Shown piece by piece: positions 61,133 to 64,000 of a stretch of DNA of 64,000 nucleotides; the stretch's first letter is position 1, and each line of letters starts with the position of its first letter. The notes beneath the pieces are model-generated. The model had not been told where the DNA came from and searched no databases. It saw only the letters and a list, made by a program, of their open reading frames with translations. The position numbers were made by a program, and so were the translations under genes. Location of the stretch: assembly GCF_009914755.1 (NCBI RefSeq), contig NC_060948.1; one strand, given 5' to 3'. Source of the DNA: the human T2T-CHM13v2.0 reference genome, Homo sapiens.

Positions 61133-63258
61133 AGATCCATATTTTTTAAATGAAAAAAAATTTCAAAGGTACTCTGCTTGGTACAATAATCAAATGTATA
61201 AACTGAGGAATAAAACATAACCATGAAACCTACTTATAACTGCATATGGAAAATACAGAGGATAATTTTTTAAATAACACAGTTTGAAAGCCTTAACTAG
61301 TAATTTGAAGAGTTGGCATTTGAAAGGCCAGTATGAATATATCTTCAAAGCAGCAACACAGGTTCCCCATGAGAAAAAGCAAACACAGGGAAAATAAAAA
61401 CACAAAGGTTCAATCTCTTCTGACCTTTGAAAGACACAGCACAGACAGTGGTCCTTAGGACGAGGAGCAGGAGACCCCTAATTCCGTCACCATGGCGATA
61501 GGGCATAAACATTGCTGGGTGAGGGCACAATCCACATTGTGAGGTCCAACTGCTGCCAGGAAGACAGGAGTGCTTTTACATAGACCGAAAGGTCATTGAA
61601 GGCTCAGAGTTTTGTTTCAAGAACTGAATCCCAAGCCCACACGTTATTAGGCTGCGCTTCTTAAAACAAGTTATGAGATGGGAAAAAGGGCACCCACAAA
61701 CATACGTATACATTATGTATATAATAATATACAGTATCATATATATAATATATATAACCTATGTATAATATTGTTTTACATCCTGCATCTTATATTATAT
61801 ATATTGTCTAAAATATAATAATTGATAATATATAAGTTTTATATTTATACAATATGACATATAGTATATATTATAATTTATGACATATATAATATATGTT
61901 ATATATCATATATAGAATATATTATACGGTTAATATACGTATTAAATATAAATTATACATTATATATATTATATATAATATATCTGTTATATATAATACC
62001 CATTATGCATAATATGTATATTATGTCTATGTTATATATAGTATAAAACAACATATAATAATATATAATTGTATATATAAAATGGGACATATAATATATA
62101 TTATATTTTATGACATATGTAATATATATTATATATTATATATAATACGTTGTATGTATAATACCTATATTAAATATATATTATATGACTATGTTATTAA
62201 TTACATGTCACATGGGTTATATATTATATATTTTACATAGAATATACCGGTTACATACAATATATACTATGTTACCTATAATGTATAATTGATTACATGT
62301 AAAATAAAGAATGCAATATATTATGTATAATTTATAATATACAATATTTGGAATGTGATATATATAACATATAATATATGATATATGATATACAGTATAT
62401 GATATATAACATACAATATATGATACCTAGTATATATGGTATACAATATATATTTTATGATATGTATTCTATATGTTTTATATTCTGTTATATATAACTA
62501 TTTGAAATTATATATAATTGTATAATATTTTATGTAAATATGTAATATAATACATATAACTATATAATATATTATATATAACTATATATTATGTTATATA
62601 TACTTTTATATCATAATTTACATAAAATGTCATAATATAATATATATTATATTATTTCAAATTACATAATATATATTACATATCACCCAATATAAGTAAC
62701 ATACATAATATTATAATATAGATTATATTATGTTATGTTAAATATCATATATATCATGTATCATATATTCTATAATATATATTATACATTATATAATATG
62801 TATGTTGTCTATTATGTGATATATATAACTATATATTATTATATTATTATACATATAACTAGATAAACATGTAATTCTACATATTTTCATTTATAATATA
62901 TAGAATTATATAATCATATATAATTATTTATATTCTATAAAAAATTATATCATTATATAAATTATAATATAAAAAAATTATAATATGTACTACAAATATA
63001 TATATTATATATCATATATGATATAGTACCTTTGTTATATATCATAATACTTATAAATGTGTATTATGTTATCTATAATTATATAATTTCATATATAAGA
63101 TGTATAATATGTATTATATATTGTATATGTTATGTAATATATATAGTATATATAAGCTGACACAGGATAAATATTATATACTATGACATATAAAATATAT
63201 GAGGTTATATGTTACATATAAGGCATAGCACATAACATGTAATATATATCATATATAA

Positions 63259-63550
63259 TTTTTTTTTAGACAGAGTCTTGTCGTGTTGCACAGGGTGAAG
63301 TACAATGGCGCCATATTTGCTCACTGCAACATCTGCCTCACGGGTCCAAGCGATTGTCCTCCCTCAACCTCTCAGGTAGCTGGGAGTACACCACACTGGG
63401 ACTACACCAGCTGCCACCATGCCTAGCTAATTTTTTGGATTTTTAGTAGTGACAGCGTTTCACTGTATTGCCCAGGATGGTCTTGATCTCTTCACCTTGT
63501 GATCCCCTTGCCTTGGCCTCCAAATTTGCTGGGATTACAGGCCTGAGCCA
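63259..63550 (-). mobile_element. Alu, unit 27 (divergent lineage, extra private changes)
   Basis: gacagagtcttgtcgtg, caacatctg and several private substitutions. Confidence 0.95.
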
Positions 63551-64000
63551 AGATCCATATTTTTTAAATGAAAAAAAATTTCAAAGGTACTCTGCTTGGT
63601 ACAATAATCAAATGTATAAACTGAGGAATAAAACATAACCATGAAACCTACTTATAACTGCATATGGAAAATACAGAGGATAATTTTTTAAATAACATAT
63701 TTTGAAAGCCTTAACTAGTAATTTGAAGAGTTGGCATTTGAAAGGCCAGTATGAATATACCTTCAAAGCAGCAACACAGGTTCCCCATGAGAAAAAGCAA
63801 ACTCAGGGAAAATAAAACCACAAAGGTTCAATCTCTTCTGACCTTTGAAAGACACAGCACAGACAGTGGTCCTTAGGACGAAGAGCAGGAGACCCCTAAT
63901 TCCGTCACCATGGCGATAGGGCATAAACATTGTTGGGTGAGGGCACAATCCACATTGAGAGGTCCAACTGCTGCCAGGAAGACAGGAGTGCTTTTACATA

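Overview
The whole 64-kb window is one uninterrupted head-to-tail tandem array of a ~2.41-2.42 kb composite repeat (about 26.5 units, 27 Alu copies, all in the same orientation). Each unit has three parts: a ~1.55-kb extremely AT-rich degenerate simple-sequence block, a minus-strand 5'-truncated Alu (~292 bp) with an internal 14-bp duplication, and a ~570-bp mixed-composition segment consistent with HSATI. This architecture, and a predicted ~2.14-kb HaeIII fragment per unit, match the human DYZ2/HSat1B satellite, most likely from Yq12 heterochromatin. There are no credible genes: all supplied ORFs are repeat-derived. I found no new biological system. The informative signal is in the variants between units: 1-, 2- and 3-unit duplications, three interleaved variant lineages, chimeric units, and a divergent sub-array from ~53 kb that keeps two ancestral Alu bases. 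All variant comparisons were made by eye.
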